Part shown: positions 9,548-19,466 of the stretch, one piece after another
Layout of the letters: every line of letters starts with the position of its first letter
Numbering within the stretch: position 1 is the first letter of the stretch
The notes under the pieces: model-generated
Seen by the model: only the letters and a program-made list of their open reading frames with translations
Told to the model about the DNA's origin: nothing
Databases searched by the model: none
Position numbers and translations under genes: made by a program
DNA from: Escherichia phage saus132
Sequence record: NC_047884.1
Length of the DNA: 64,000 nt
Strand: one strand, 5' to 3'

Positions 9548-10273
9548 TTATAGATCGTGATTGACTTTGAGTATGACTCCCCTCGATGCCATGAAAAGGA
9601 ATGTTGCTAGGTAAGATGACTCGGAATTTAGCGCAGAATAATCTACACTTCCTCTAGGTCTAGTTTCTTGTTTAGTGTCAAGAATTGTTTCGATATCAAA
9701 CTTAACAGATCTTGCAACTTTTCTAGCTTGTTCAGGATCACGTAAGATTTCAAAGTGAGCAGCATCTAGAATATGGTTAGATGATGTTGATTCGTCAACT
9801 ATACTTAGATGAACCTGCGCAAGTGTAGATACGATTCCTAGCTTTAATTCAGATAGAGAAGAATATGGTGGTTCTACTTTCTTTGTAAGTCTAGGGAGAT
9901 GATCGTATTTACATTGCTTTTGAGGAATCATCAGAATATTAGGATAACATTCTAAACATGACTTTGCATTTCCTTCTTTAAAATGCGGGAGTTCTTTATC
10001 TGCAAAGACGTGGAATGAATCTGCTGAAAATCCTTTAATAGTAGGATCAACAGCTTGAATCAGACGACGTAAACTAATATATGAAGGAGCTAATGTGACT
10101 TCTTCTGCATCTTTATTATATTTAGGTTGCCCACTAGCATTAATATATGCTGGATAAAACTCTGCACAAAATGCTACTGCATGAGCTTCTAACTCATTAA
10201 GTTCGGAAACATTCTTTCCATTACAAGCTCTAGCTAACTTAATAATCTCTGCTAAATTCTTTTTTATACTCAT
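9548..10273 (-). CDS. hypothetical protein
   Basis: 241-aa ORF, first gene after the repeat region. Confidence 0.55.
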   Translation of the reverse strand: MSIKKNLAEIIKLARACNGKNVSELNELEAHAVAFCAEFYPAYINASGQPKYNKDAEEVTLAPSYISLRRLIQAVDPTIKGFSADSFHVFADKELPHFKEGNAKSCLECYPNILMIPQKQCKYDHLPRLTKKVEPPYSSLSELKLGIVSTLAQVHLSIVDESTSSNHILDAAHFEILRDPEQARKVARSVKFDIETILDTKQETRPRGSVDYSALNSESSYLATFLFMASRGVILKVNHDL

Positions 10274-10578
10274 ATATAATCATCCGGTTTTGGTTTAGTT
10301 TTTGTTACTGATTTCACTGAAGGATCTAACTTAATCCACGTAAACCCTAGCTGCTCAGATAAGTGAGATATATTTCTAGGTGTTATTTTTATATTTGGAG
10401 GTAACTTAAATACTAGGTCTTTAAGTAACTTCATATCATCTGAACCAATGAAGAGAATATACTGCATATCTTCTTTTTGTTCATATTCGTTTTCAGATAA
10501 TGTACTAACTCCGACTGTATGTTTATTGAGTGTGGCCACCTTACAGCGGCCTACAGTAAACTGAGTAATTATATCCAT
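10270..10578 (-). CDS. hypothetical protein
   Basis: 102-aa ORF, overlapping stop/start with neighbours. Confidence 0.5.
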   Translation of the reverse strand: MDIITQFTVGRCKVATLNKHTVGVSTLSENEYEQKEDMQYILFIGSDDMKLLKDLVFKLPPNIKITPRNISHLSEQLGFTWIKLDPSVKSVTKTKPKPDDYI

Positions 10579-11189
10579 TAACGACCTCTAGCCTTATCTG
10601 CATCAATAGCTTCGAATACTTTCGTTAACATTTCTTCAAGCTCACCATCTTTGCTAGGATTGCTCAAATGGATAGTATAAGAGTTCCTAGAAACTACGGA
10701 GTCTTCCTGTGCTCCGCGATCTTTTGCAAAGCTCATCATTGTAACGCCAGCTTTATTCCACTCGTCTACACTAGATGCTTCCCCAAACTTATATGATTGC
10801 GTATTACTTATCACACCACCACAAGGAACATTGTGCATATCCGACATTAATCTTTTATCAGAATTATTCAACATTGCGATTGGCCCCGACTGCCACGGAT
10901 CTCGAATAGTCACTGGAGTACTCGGGCGGTTCACCTCAGTCTTCACGAGTTTGTATCCTGCATCGATTAGTGAATTAATCAGATTATCCGCCGGGATGCG
11001 AGCTGTGCCAAAGATCTTACGAGCATTCATGAGCTTAGCCTGAAACTCTTTGCAAGCCTGAAGATCAATGTGCAAAAACGACAGTTGCATAGATTTAAAC
11101 TGTACTGTAGCAGTCAGATCTTTAAAGCTGTAATCCCATGTGTCGAGTTCGTGGTCTGCAACTACTTTAATGGTTTGTTGTGTAAACAT
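10578..11189 (-). CDS. hypothetical protein
   Basis: 203-aa ORF. Confidence 0.55.
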   Translation of the reverse strand: MFTQQTIKVVADHELDTWDYSFKDLTATVQFKSMQLSFLHIDLQACKEFQAKLMNARKIFGTARIPADNLINSLIDAGYKLVKTEVNRPSTPVTIRDPWQSGPIAMLNNSDKRLMSDMHNVPCGGVISNTQSYKFGEASSVDEWNKAGVTMMSFAKDRGAQEDSVVSRNSYTIHLSNPSKDGELEEMLTKVFEAIDADKARGR

Positions 11190-11374
11190 TATCTATTCTC
11201 CAGTTTATCTAACAGCTTACGAGCTGCGATATTATGTTGTTTAATTTCTCTGTTAAGAATCTCGTTCTCACAGTTTAACTCTAGATTCTTAACATTGAGG
11301 CGACTACATACAATTATCAAGCCTAGAATAGTTAAGAGTGAGCCGCCTAGTAGTACAAGAAGTAATGTTTCCAT
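11189..11374 (-). CDS. small membrane protein
   Basis: 61 aa, hydrophobic N-terminus. Confidence 0.4.
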   Translation of the reverse strand: METLLLVLLGGSLLTILGLIIVCSRLNVKNLELNCENEILNREIKQHNIAARKLLDKLENR

Positions 11375-11607
11375 TATTTGATTCCCATGTAACGTTTAAG
11401 ATATACTATGAAGTCTTCTGCTGTATGTTCTAGGCTACCTTGGGCCACGAATAGCTTGAGAGATTCACGTTGTAATTTAAGAGTAGCCACCTCTCCACGT
11501 AACTTTGTTAGATCCTCTGCTAATTCTCTGGCTCTACGCATAATAACGAAAGATACGCGTATTACTATGAATAACATAACTACTAAGACGCTTGCTACAA
11601 TTTCCAT
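11374..11607 (-). CDS. small membrane protein
   Basis: 77 aa, hydrophobic N-terminus then charged helix. Confidence 0.4.
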   Translation of the reverse strand: MEIVASVLVVMLFIVIRVSFVIMRRARELAEDLTKLRGEVATLKLQRESLKLFVAQGSLEHTAEDFIVYLKRYMGIK

Positions 11608-11894
11608 TAGTTACTCCAAATTAACATCCAACTCTTATCAAAATTAGATGCTCTATTAATTAATTCGCCCATAGAAACATTATTGTCGTCTATGGCTTCT
11701 TGTACAAACTCTTTACCAAAATCATCTAATAAGTATTCTGTATCATTTATAATGATCTTATAGAGAGTTGGGACTAAAGGATGCTGATGATTAAGTGGAT
11801 TCTCGTTAACAGTTATCTCATGCCTCCCCCACGTCGTCTTGAATAGTTTGTGGGAGAGTAGAGCTAAGGGGTTTGACCAGACTACGTACTCCAT
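11607..11894 (-). CDS. hypothetical protein
   Basis: 95-aa ORF; N-terminus overlaps upstream ORF by 77 nt in another frame, start uncertain. Confidence 0.35.
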   Translation of the reverse strand: MEYVVWSNPLALLSHKLFKTTWGRHEITVNENPLNHQHPLVPTLYKIIINDTEYLLDDFGKEFVQEAIDDNNVSMGELINRASNFDKSWMLIWSN

Positions 11895-12360
11895 CTTTCT
11901 TTAACTCCTGTTTTAACTTTTGATCTTTATTATACCAAATTATGTGCTCACCGTCAACTACAAATTTGTGGAAAGATGCTGGTACGGTGTACACTCCATA
12001 TTCTGTTAAGCGTGTCACAACTTTATGGGCGCATAATCGGCAACCGTGTCCTTCTAAGTGAGACCGTGCAGTTTGCAAGAAGTAACCACCGTGATCTGGA
12101 CAATAGATTTCAACTTGCTGTTGCATCGTTCTATACTTAACTCTTTCATACCCAAAGAACTTACCATGTGCTTCTACAGCTCTTCTAATAAAGATAAGAT
12201 TAAGTGCATCTTGCTGAAAGTCTGGATGAAGTTGTTTGAGTTTAGTTCTATTAATAGATCCATCTGACTTAGTGAATCTATTTATGGGGAATTGTAGTGC
12301 TTCCTCATACAGTAATTCATTTATTTTATCACGCATAGTATACACGAAAGGCCAGAACAA
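11818..12360 (-). CDS. hypothetical protein with Cys/His zinc-ribbon-like motif
   Basis: 180 aa; CPDHGGYF...HLEGHGCRLC resembles the Zn-ribbon repeats in the 59519 ORF. Confidence 0.5.
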   Translation of the reverse strand: MFWPFVYTMRDKINELLYEEALQFPINRFTKSDGSINRTKLKQLHPDFQQDALNLIFIRRAVEAHGKFFGYERVKYRTMQQQVEIYCPDHGGYFLQTARSHLEGHGCRLCAHKVVTRLTEYGVYTVPASFHKFVVDGEHIIWYNKDQKLKQELKKDGVRSLVKPLSSTLPQTIQDDVGEA

Positions 12361-12381
12361 TTAAGTCCTGGCCTCTAGAAA

Positions 12382-12804
12382 TTAGGTAGCGTCAATGCTC
12401 ACTAAATCCGTTATAAATTCACCTGATTCCATAGGGATAGAGATCGCAGGGTCACATTCACAGGAGGTTATCCATTCGTCCCATTTACTATCAAGTAAAG
12501 AGATAAAGCTATTAGGACTTCCTCTTTCTTTATACCTAGCTAAATATTCTTCTTTTAGCTCTCGTTCTGGATAAAGCAGAATAAAATCTATTCCAGCAGC
12601 ATGAAGAGCATCTCGTACTTCTTTATGGCTAGAAACTAAGATCAGTTTACCCTCTTCTATAGCTTGTGAAATGTGCTCAATATAGTTCGCTGGAAAGTTA
12701 TCCTTCGGGAATTTAGAAGAATCCGAATCTAGTACACGTGGAAAACACTTAGTAAAGTAAGTCTTACCACACCCTGGAAAAGCAGATATAACATTAAATT
12801 GCAT
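12382..12804 (-). CDS. small P-loop NTPase (putative nucleotide kinase)
   Basis: Walker A GCGKT at residues 11-15; 140 aa. Confidence 0.5.
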   Translation of the reverse strand: MQFNVISAFPGCGKTYFTKCFPRVLDSDSSKFPKDNFPANYIEHISQAIEEGKLILVSSHKEVRDALHAAGIDFILLYPERELKEEYLARYKERGSPNSFISLLDSKWDEWITSCECDPAISIPMESGEFITDLVSIDAT

Positions 12805-12814
12805 AATTATTTCC

Positions 12815-13198
12815 TTAGTGAAGTTGCTTGCCGTTTAAGGTCATATCAGCTGTTTCCAGAAGAGATTCGGTAATCTCACGAGAAACTAGATATTCATCTA
12901 TTGAGTGGCGGCGTTTATAGGCATAAGCATTAACAATCAGATCTAGAGCACCAAGAACATCATGAACAGTTACTTCTCCATTATTATCTAGCTCTTCTTG
13001 TGTAATCTCAATTAACTGGCCAACTGCCATTAAAAGCCCAAGAATATCTGCTGTTTCGCCTGCCACCAGCGGATTAGCACATCCTACTGTAAGATCGAAA
13101 GCATGATTGACAATTGACTGCCCATCAACGCTTCCTTCCTCAATCTGCTTCTCCAACTGCTTCATCTGCTCTAGCACTGGATTTTTCTTTTGTGTCAT
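12815..13198 (-). CDS. hypothetical protein
   Basis: start trimmed to in-frame ATG (MTQKKNPV) with AGGAAA RBS; track start at 13264. Confidence 0.45.
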   Translation of the reverse strand: MTQKKNPVLEQMKQLEKQIEEGSVDGQSIVNHAFDLTVGCANPLVAGETADILGLLMAVGQLIEITQEELDNNGEVTVHDVLGALDLIVNAYAYKRRHSIDEYLVSREITESLLETADMTLNGKQLH

Positions 13199-13607
13199 GG
13201 TAAAGATTTCCTGTATCAGTTGGAAGGAATGCCGATTGTGCCTTCGGCGGATGTTGTTTAGCAATCCAGTTGAGGATCAGTACACGGCTAGGAACGATAT
13301 CGGTATTATACCAGAAATCATGAACCCAATGTCGTGCATTTTCAAACTTACCGAACTTATACGCTTTCTTGAACAGCTCAAAACCAAAACAGTCAGGTGC
13401 AAAATCTACATCACGATAAGGAATTACCTTAGATCCGGTGAGATCTTGAATCGCTGCGTTAATCTCTGTATGCGAGAACTTCGTTTCATGGAAAGTATTA
13501 AAGAAGCGGTAATTAAAACGTCCGTTCGTTTCGACAAACAACTGGATGAATAAATCATTAAATTGGCCATCAAACCAGTAATTCTGTAATCTTTGCAGTG
13601 CTGTCAT
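13140..13607 (-). CDS. hypothetical protein
   Basis: 155-aa ORF; 59-nt overlap with downstream gene. Confidence 0.45.
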   Translation of the reverse strand: MTALQRLQNYWFDGQFNDLFIQLFVETNGRFNYRFFNTFHETKFSHTEINAAIQDLTGSKVIPYRDVDFAPDCFGFELFKKAYKFGKFENARHWVHDFWYNTDIVPSRVLILNWIAKQHPPKAQSAFLPTDTGNLYHDTKEKSSARADEAVGEAD

Positions 13608-13804
13608 TTACGAACCCCATTTATTGCTGCGATAACGCCTTCATACATGAAAGGAAGAACTTGTGAAATGTGGAAATCTTGGACTGTCCAACCAGCTTCT
13701 TGATACATAATGTTAATGATTGCACAACTTAACATAAAAGCTGGTAGAATTATAAAGTAATCCCACGTTGCTTTCTGCAAGTTAGGGTTATAAAAATTAA
13801 TCAT
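13604..13804 (-). CDS. small membrane protein
   Basis: 66 aa, hydrophobic. Confidence 0.4.
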   Translation of the reverse strand: MINFYNPNLQKATWDYFIILPAFMLSCAIINIMYQEAGWTVQDFHISQVLPFMYEGVIAAINGVRK

Positions 13805-13904
13805 CTGTTTTTAAGTCTCCGTATTACTTTGGCCTGCTCAACGATTATGAAAACGGCAACCACTAAACCGAAGATTAGGATTGCCGTAACAGTTGTTAAA
13901 TCAA

Positions 13905-14237
13905 TCAAGGCAGACGCCAAATATAATGGGCTGTCCAAAGTGTTTCTGGTTCATCGTCATGATGCATCACTAGGGACTCTGGAGAATAACTATTAGCCAG
14001 TTCTTTACGAACCATCTCACGTTCTTCACCAGTTTCAATATTTTTAACAATCACTTTCATATTAAGAGGAGTTAGCTCAGAAAGTGGTCGCCATAAGTCT
14101 TCCAGATCTGTTTTAGTTTTATTCTGGATGGATTGCAAGACTTCTAGTGTCTGAGGATCTACATTAATAAACCCACGTTCAGTAACAAAACCTAGAAACT
14201 CGTCCAGCAGGGTTAATTCACTAAAATTAAGCTTCAT
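13905..14237 (-). CDS. hypothetical protein
   Basis: 110-aa ORF. Confidence 0.5.
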   Translation of the reverse strand: MKLNFSELTLLDEFLGFVTERGFINVDPQTLEVLQSIQNKTKTDLEDLWRPLSELTPLNMKVIVKNIETGEEREMVRKELANSYSPESLVMHHDDEPETLWTAHYIWRLP

Positions 14238-14472
14238 CTTTCAGAATATCCTCGATCATGTCAGAAGATTGCTGTAGTTCGTCTACAATGCGTTTAACGT
14301 CAGTTTTTGTCACTTTACCGGCCAACATCGTGAACAGCATTGCAACGATGATGATAGGAACTGGCAGAACAAACAGTGCTACTTTACCAACGTTCTTCGG
14401 GGTCCAGGTATGATACTTAGTAACCAGAACACCAACAATAACCAGATAAAAAGCTAAGATAATTAACATCAT
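14227..14472 (-). CDS. small membrane protein
   Basis: 81 aa, two TM-like segments. Confidence 0.45.
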   Translation of the reverse strand: MMLIILAFYLVIVGVLVTKYHTWTPKNVGKVALFVLPVPIIIVAMLFTMLAGKVTKTDVKRIVDELQQSSDMIEDILKDEA

Positions 14473-14750
14473 TTCTTAATCTCCGTGATTACCTGAGCGC
14501 GCAGGACTTTAATAGGAAGTTTAGTGTTACCAACAAGAGTTTCAATATTCATTAGCTTTTCTTTAAGGAGATCTGAACGTCTTTGGGCTAATTCGATATC
14601 TTCTTCCTGTTCGACAAGGCGTTTAACTAGCCCATCATTGGTGAGGCGCATCCTCTCCATATTTTTATTAGTATTAAGAATGCCAATGATTCCACCAATT
14701 GCTGCTAAAGTCGTGAGAACTAGCAATCCAATTAAAATTTCTGTAATCAT
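14469..14750 (-). CDS. small membrane protein
   Basis: 93 aa, N-terminal TM then coiled coil. Confidence 0.45.
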   Translation of the reverse strand: MITEILIGLLVLTTLAAIGGIIGILNTNKNMERMRLTNDGLVKRLVEQEEDIELAQRRSDLLKEKLMNIETLVGNTKLPIKVLRAQVITEIKK

Positions 14751-15163
14751 TAATCCGTTACTCCATTACTACATTTAATGTAGGGGCTTATAGTTTCATA
14801 AAACTTAATTTTTACTAAGGAGGAATCATTCATTTTACAGAATCTTTTACCCTCTTCAATTTGAAGCTTGACTTCAATTGAGTCTTCCATTTTGTAGGCA
14901 TCTACTACTTCAACCCCAGAATATTTCGATAACGCTTCATCTAATTCTGTTTGTTTAAGTGCAACGTTTGCTTCTGCGAGCACTCTATTACGTTCCGCTA
15001 TTGCTTGTACTTCAGGACTAGTATAAACGTATACTTCTTTAGTTACTGGTTTTGGTAAATCTGCATCTCTTTGACTAAGCATATAGCCCGTCGTGCCCAT
15101 CGAAATACAGAGTGAAACTAAGGCACCAAGCCCTAGTGAATAGAAGAATTGGCTGTAAGTCAT
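14750..15163 (-). CDS. hypothetical membrane-anchored protein
   Basis: 137 aa, N-terminal hydrophobic segment. Confidence 0.5.
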   Translation of the reverse strand: MTYSQFFYSLGLGALVSLCISMGTTGYMLSQRDADLPKPVTKEVYVYTSPEVQAIAERNRVLAEANVALKQTELDEALSKYSGVEVVDAYKMEDSIEVKLQIEEGKRFCKMNDSSLVKIKFYETISPYIKCSNGVTD

Positions 15164-15414
15164 TATTTCTTACCTTTTAGTTGCTTAACTTCACGCTCAA
15201 AAGATGCTGCACGACGTTCGGCAGTTGCTTGATGCTCTTTCGCAAAACGTGCTTCCTGTTTTGCGAGGTTGAATGCCATAGCATTCTTGTTCAGAGAATC
15301 GTACATCTTTTTCATTGCCGGAATAGACATCTTCATGAGCTGACCTTCAAACCCTTGCATGTCCAGCAGGATAGCCAATACGTTTGCCATTTCAGTTTTA
15401 GTCATGTTTTCCAT
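15163..15414 (-). CDS. hypothetical protein
   Basis: start set at ATG after GAGAGGAAG RBS in the conserved promoter leader; track start 15432 is inside the leader. Confidence 0.5.
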   Translation of the reverse strand: MENMTKTEMANVLAILLDMQGFEGQLMKMSIPAMKKMYDSLNKNAMAFNLAKQEARFAKEHQATAERRAASFEREVKQLKGKK

Positions 15415-15446
15415 TTGAACTTCCTCTCTCATTAATTTATAAATAT

Positions 15447-15475
15447 ATTATATAAGATTTCTGGACATTTAGCAA
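15447..15475 (-). promoter_or_regulatory. T5-type early promoter (-35 TTGCTA, 17-bp spacer, -10 TATAAT)
   Basis: minus-strand TATAAT at 15447-15452 and TTGCTA at 15470-15475, followed by the conserved AT-rich leader with GAGAGG RBS. Confidence 0.6.
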
Positions 15476-15480
15476 TTAAA

Positions 15481-16011
15481 TTATTTATTTAATTCTTCTA
15501 ATGCTGGAAGCAACCCGCGAAAGACTTCCTTAACTGCTAGCTCTCCGTGAAGCTCTTCTCTTAATGTATTAGCTGCTTCAACAGCTAAATTTAGATCTTG
15601 GTATCTAAAGTAGCCACCATGTACTGGAGTACTTTCAGAATTTCTGGCTTGGACTCTCCATTGCTGGCGATCTTTCTTCCAGCTAACCCCTAGATATCCA
15701 GAATTAGATTGTGCGACTTTATTACGATTATTTTCCTGAGATGTGGCATCCTTTAGATTACACCATCTGTTATCTTTTCTTATATTATTTAAGTGATGAA
15801 CTAAATCTGGAATATAACCTTCCATATACAGGAAGGCTAATCTATGGGCTGCATATCTTTTTCTGTTTATCCCGATAAATATATAGCCATCTTTATCGGG
15901 ACTGCCAGCGATAGTTCCAGCTTTGGCTCTACCCTTACTGACTTTCCTTATAAAGTCTCCTGTATCGGGATTATATTCAAATAGTTCTTTCAGTAGTTCT
16001 TGTGTTATCAT
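15481..16011 (-). CDS. HNH homing endonuclease
   Basis: 176 aa; N-terminal EYNPDTG motif and AHRLAFLYMEGY..HHLNN.R.DNR HNH-like core; one of four paralogs. Confidence 0.65.
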   Translation of the reverse strand: MITQELLKELFEYNPDTGDFIRKVSKGRAKAGTIAGSPDKDGYIFIGINRKRYAAHRLAFLYMEGYIPDLVHHLNNIRKDNRWCNLKDATSQENNRNKVAQSNSGYLGVSWKKDRQQWRVQARNSESTPVHGGYFRYQDLNLAVEAANTLREELHGELAVKEVFRGLLPALEELNK

Positions 16012-16443
16012 TTACCAATCGTTAACGAAACCTGAGAACTCCGAAGCAAATACTAACTCAAATTTCTCAGCAATTTCAGGATAATCCTTACAGATCAGTT
16101 CGATGCACTTCTCAGGTTCCATACCGTCTTCTTCAGGATCACCGTAATACTTATCCCAAAGATCATCAGGAATAACTTGCTCAGCTAGATCTTGGAAGTT
16201 CACTAACTGATAGCGTGGAGTATCCTCATTAATAAAGATCTCATGCAATTCCTCAGATACTTCTCCCTTATAATCGGAAATTAGCAGAGCATTGCAAGCA
16301 AAACATTCCCACATCATCAAACGCTCAGAAATAGGGTTCGATTTGTCTTGAACATAGGACTGAAAGACTGCCTTAAAAGTAGCTTTAACTTGCTCAAACT
16401 TATCAGCTGTTGCGATTAAGAGTGCTTTATCAATCTTTTGCAT
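16012..16443 (-). CDS. hypothetical acidic protein
   Basis: 143-aa ORF with promoter and RBS upstream. Confidence 0.5.
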   Translation of the reverse strand: MQKIDKALLIATADKFEQVKATFKAVFQSYVQDKSNPISERLMMWECFACNALLISDYKGEVSEELHEIFINEDTPRYQLVNFQDLAEQVIPDDLWDKYYGDPEEDGMEPEKCIELICKDYPEIAEKFELVFASEFSGFVNDW

Positions 16444-16473
16444 TTTGATTCCTTCTCATCAATTTATAAAGTA

Positions 16474-16502
16474 ATTATACAGAAAACTAAGCATTTTAGC
16501 AA
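16474..16502 (-). promoter_or_regulatory. T5-type early promoter
   Basis: TATAAT 16474-16479 and TTGCTA 16497-16502 on minus strand, 17-bp spacer. Confidence 0.55.
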
Positions 16503-16510
16503 ATGAAGTT

Positions 16511-16537
16511 TTAAAATAAAAGGCCTAAGCCTAGGCC
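16511..16537 (-). terminator. putative intrinsic terminator
   Basis: GGCCT..AGGCC hairpin with adjacent A/T run, downstream of the 16605 gene. Confidence 0.4.
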
Positions 16538-16604
16538 CGTAAAGAAAGAGATAAGAACTACTATCCCTATTGCTACAAATATCTCACGAGCCATGCCATC
16601 AAAA

Positions 16605-17072
16605 TCAAACATAATTCCACGTTCTTCCTGTCTTTATATTACTGATAGTAGACTGATCTACTTTATAGATTTTGGCAATTTCGGTATTAGATCTGCCTTG
16701 TATAAGCAGACTTCTAATTTCCCATACTTGTTCTACTGTAAGCGCATCTGTAGTTAACCCATTAATTCTAGCATGCCTATTATTTTCCAGTATAGTAGAC
16801 CATTCTACATTAGATTTATGGTTATTCTGCTTATCCCCATCCTTGTGATTAACAGGTAGGTTTTCCCAGTTATCTGGTAAATCTAGATGGTATTGCGCGA
16901 CTAATCTATGGGCTTTTAACTTTTTAGGTTTACCCTTATTATATAGTGTATAAATAACATATCCATCTCTATCTATATGGGGAGTTAAAAGTCTACCCCG
17001 TGATATATTCTTAACTTCCCCATCTTCTGATACAGCATAGTTAGGATATTCTGTAATTTGTATCCATATCAT
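16605..17072 (-). CDS. HNH endonuclease (distinct subfamily)
   Basis: 155 aa; HKDGDKQNNHKSNVEW HNH motif and C-terminal helix-turn-helix-like tail. Confidence 0.6.
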   Translation of the reverse strand: MIWIQITEYPNYAVSEDGEVKNISRGRLLTPHIDRDGYVIYTLYNKGKPKKLKAHRLVAQYHLDLPDNWENLPVNHKDGDKQNNHKSNVEWSTILENNRHARINGLTTDALTVEQVWEIRSLLIQGRSNTEIAKIYKVDQSTISNIKTGRTWNYV

Positions 17073-17587
17073 TCCAACATCCAGCTAGTTTTATCATGAG
17101 AAGTATACTTACCACTCATAATATCTTCTAATCGTACAGGCGACTTTGCATACTCAACACAAACGTTAATGTAACGTGGATCTCCCATTAATTCAAAGTG
17201 AGTATGCCCATGCAAATTCTTTTTACCCCTTAACTCTCCTGGGTGCACTGGGGCATGAGAAAGCCAGAAGTTCTTATATTTAACTAAAGACTGCACATTA
17301 TCTACTACACCTACTAAGTCTGTAAAAGATAAGCCTTCTCGTTCCAAATCGTGGTTTCCCAGAACTAGAGTAGTCCTAACATTGCTAAATAGTTTTTCAA
17401 ACTTCTCCAGACCCTTTCTAGATACAAATGCGTCCCCTAAAATGAAAAATACAGTACGTTTATCCTTCATAGACGTAATAGTATCCATGATAAATTCGTC
17501 GTGCTCTTCCATACTAGAGAACATAGTTCGAAACTTAGGGATATTAACATGCCCTAAGTGTAGGTCGCTCCAAAAATAAACTTTCAT
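17069..17587 (-). CDS. metallophosphoesterase
   Basis: 172 aa; WSDLHLGH, GDAF, GNHD and GHTH motifs. Confidence 0.65.
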   Translation of the reverse strand: MKVYFWSDLHLGHVNIPKFRTMFSSMEEHDEFIMDTITSMKDKRTVFFILGDAFVSRKGLEKFEKLFSNVRTTLVLGNHDLEREGLSFTDLVGVVDNVQSLVKYKNFWLSHAPVHPGELRGKKNLHGHTHFELMGDPRYINVCVEYAKSPVRLEDIMSGKYTSHDKTSWMLE

Positions 17588-17955
17588 TACAGAACTTCCT
17601 CCGCATATTTATTCCAACCTTGACAATAGCTGCTAATACCACGAAGTTTGAATATTTCATCATGAATCTCGTGATGTTCTTTTGCTTCTTGATATCCTTT
17701 GTCAAGTTCTTCCTGTCGTGCTTGCTCAAAATCAACACGATTCTCTAGCATTTTCCAGACTTCTTCATACTCTGGCCAGTCATGCTCTACCACAACGGTT
17801 TTGAGATCCTTTTTTCCACGTTGTGCTCGACTATACCAGAGCTTAGTTAGTATATGTTCCAAAGTGGTAAAGTTACTCTGAGTGATATGCCCTAATTCTA
17901 GGGCTTTCTCAATATCAGACAACTTTATTACTACATAACGTTCTTCACGTTCCAT
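17587..17955 (-). CDS. hypothetical protein
   Basis: 122-aa ORF. Confidence 0.5.
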   Translation of the reverse strand: MEREERYVVIKLSDIEKALELGHITQSNFTTLEHILTKLWYSRAQRGKKDLKTVVVEHDWPEYEEVWKMLENRVDFEQARQEELDKGYQEAKEHHEIHDEIFKLRGISSYCQGWNKYAEEVL

Positions 17956-18818
17956 TATAGAATCCTCTGCTCACCACAGCTATCATTTTTATCTGTGGTA
18001 AATGTCATGATTTTACCGGCTTCATCATTAACTTGCGCAACCGTCAACTGCCCGTTGAAAACACCGCCAGTATCAAGATAAACACGGTTCTTATATAGAA
18101 TCGGGTAAGGAACACCAGTGTGGCCGTGGAATACGAAATCCACACTTTCAACTTCTGGTACTTCCACCGTCAATTCATCTTTAAAGCCTGTATAACGCTG
18201 GAAATAAGGATGTTCTGCACCTTGCTTAGATAGATGAAAACCAATTTCCTGAATTACATCACGATCCCACAAATATGGTTCAATATAATAACTAGGATGG
18301 TCATTAGGATCATTTTCACTTGCAGCGATATGATCAATAATATCATCCCAGTTAGGTGTATGTACATCGAATCCAGCATCTTTATACTGGAACGGTATTC
18401 CACCATGAACAACACCATATTTCTTGCCACGATGGAGTACGGTCATGAATACCGGCATTTTAGCAGCCATATCTTCTGCGATACCTTTAATTGTATCGGT
18501 ATCCAGATCATTCATTGCCCACATTCCACCATTATACATCCAGTTGGCATAGTCACCAGCAATCATAAACTGATCATGGTTGCCACGAACGCTACGGAAG
18601 CGTGGGTTATATAAGAATTTGGCTAGAACCTGTAAGTTCTGCGGGCCACGGTCAATTAGGTCGCCAACACAGACAACATAGTCACGCTTTTCTTTATATC
18701 CTGCTAGTTTAAGAGCATCTTCCAGCATATCATTACAGCCGTGAATATCTCCTACGAAGAACAGGTTAACATCGTCTGGTACTACTAACATTTCGTGCAG
18801 GTTAAATTCTTTTTTCAT
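17955..18818 (-). CDS. serine/threonine protein phosphatase (lambda-PPase-like)
   Basis: 287 aa; GDIHGC, GDLIDRG, GNHD and GHTG motifs. Confidence 0.7.
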   Translation of the reverse strand: MKKEFNLHEMLVVPDDVNLFFVGDIHGCNDMLEDALKLAGYKEKRDYVVCVGDLIDRGPQNLQVLAKFLYNPRFRSVRGNHDQFMIAGDYANWMYNGGMWAMNDLDTDTIKGIAEDMAAKMPVFMTVLHRGKKYGVVHGGIPFQYKDAGFDVHTPNWDDIIDHIAASENDPNDHPSYYIEPYLWDRDVIQEIGFHLSKQGAEHPYFQRYTGFKDELTVEVPEVESVDFVFHGHTGVPYPILYKNRVYLDTGGVFNGQLTVAQVNDEAGKIMTFTTDKNDSCGEQRIL

Positions 18819-18849
18819 TATCTGGTTCCTTTCTCAAGTTTATAGGTAT

Positions 18850-18878
18850 ATTATATCAAAAATTTTAGCAGAAAGCAA
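18850..18878 (-). promoter_or_regulatory. T5-type early promoter
   Basis: TATAAT 18850-18855, TTGCTT 18873-18878, 17-bp spacer. Confidence 0.55.
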
Positions 18879-18885
18879 CTGAATT

Positions 18886-19407
18886 TTAGGGCTGTTCTTC
18901 ATATTTCTCATACAAAGCAAATTCGCCAAATAATTCAAATCTCAATTCATTGGCTGCCTCCACAGCATCTTTCTTATGAATAAAAGTGCCACCATAAATA
19001 GACTTGCCATCTTTTTGTACTGTTACTTGCCATTTCCCCGTACTTTTATCCCAAGAAACATTTTTATAACCAGAAGTATTATCAGACCGTTTAGTAATAT
19101 TGGCTATATTTTGGGATTGTGTACAAGATCTGAGATTGTCATAAATATTGTTATCTCTAACCCTATCTTTGTGGTCTACCCGTTTTGGTAGGTATCCTTC
19201 CATGTATAAGATAGCCAATCTATGAGCTTGTTGGGCTTTACCATTTACTCGTATATAGATATATCCATTCTGCTTACTACCTGCTTTATTACCCGCATTT
19301 TTCTTATTCCACGCTAGGGATGCATCTGCCCTCTCTTTCCATGTGAACTCTCCAGTGAGAGGATTGTAATCAAGTATTGATTTAATATATTCTTGTGTTA
19401 ATTCCAT
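18886..19407 (-). CDS. HNH homing endonuclease
   Basis: 173 aa; paralog of the 15481 and 19750 ORFs. Confidence 0.65.
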   Translation of the reverse strand: MELTQEYIKSILDYNPLTGEFTWKERADASLAWNKKNAGNKAGSKQNGYIYIRVNGKAQQAHRLAILYMEGYLPKRVDHKDRVRDNNIYDNLRSCTQSQNIANITKRSDNTSGYKNVSWDKSTGKWQVTVQKDGKSIYGGTFIHKKDAVEAANELRFELFGEFALYEKYEEQP

Positions 19408-19466
19408 AATTATTACTTGCCTTTATATAATAAAACCCAGATCAGCTAAGATCTGGGTTGGATTTA

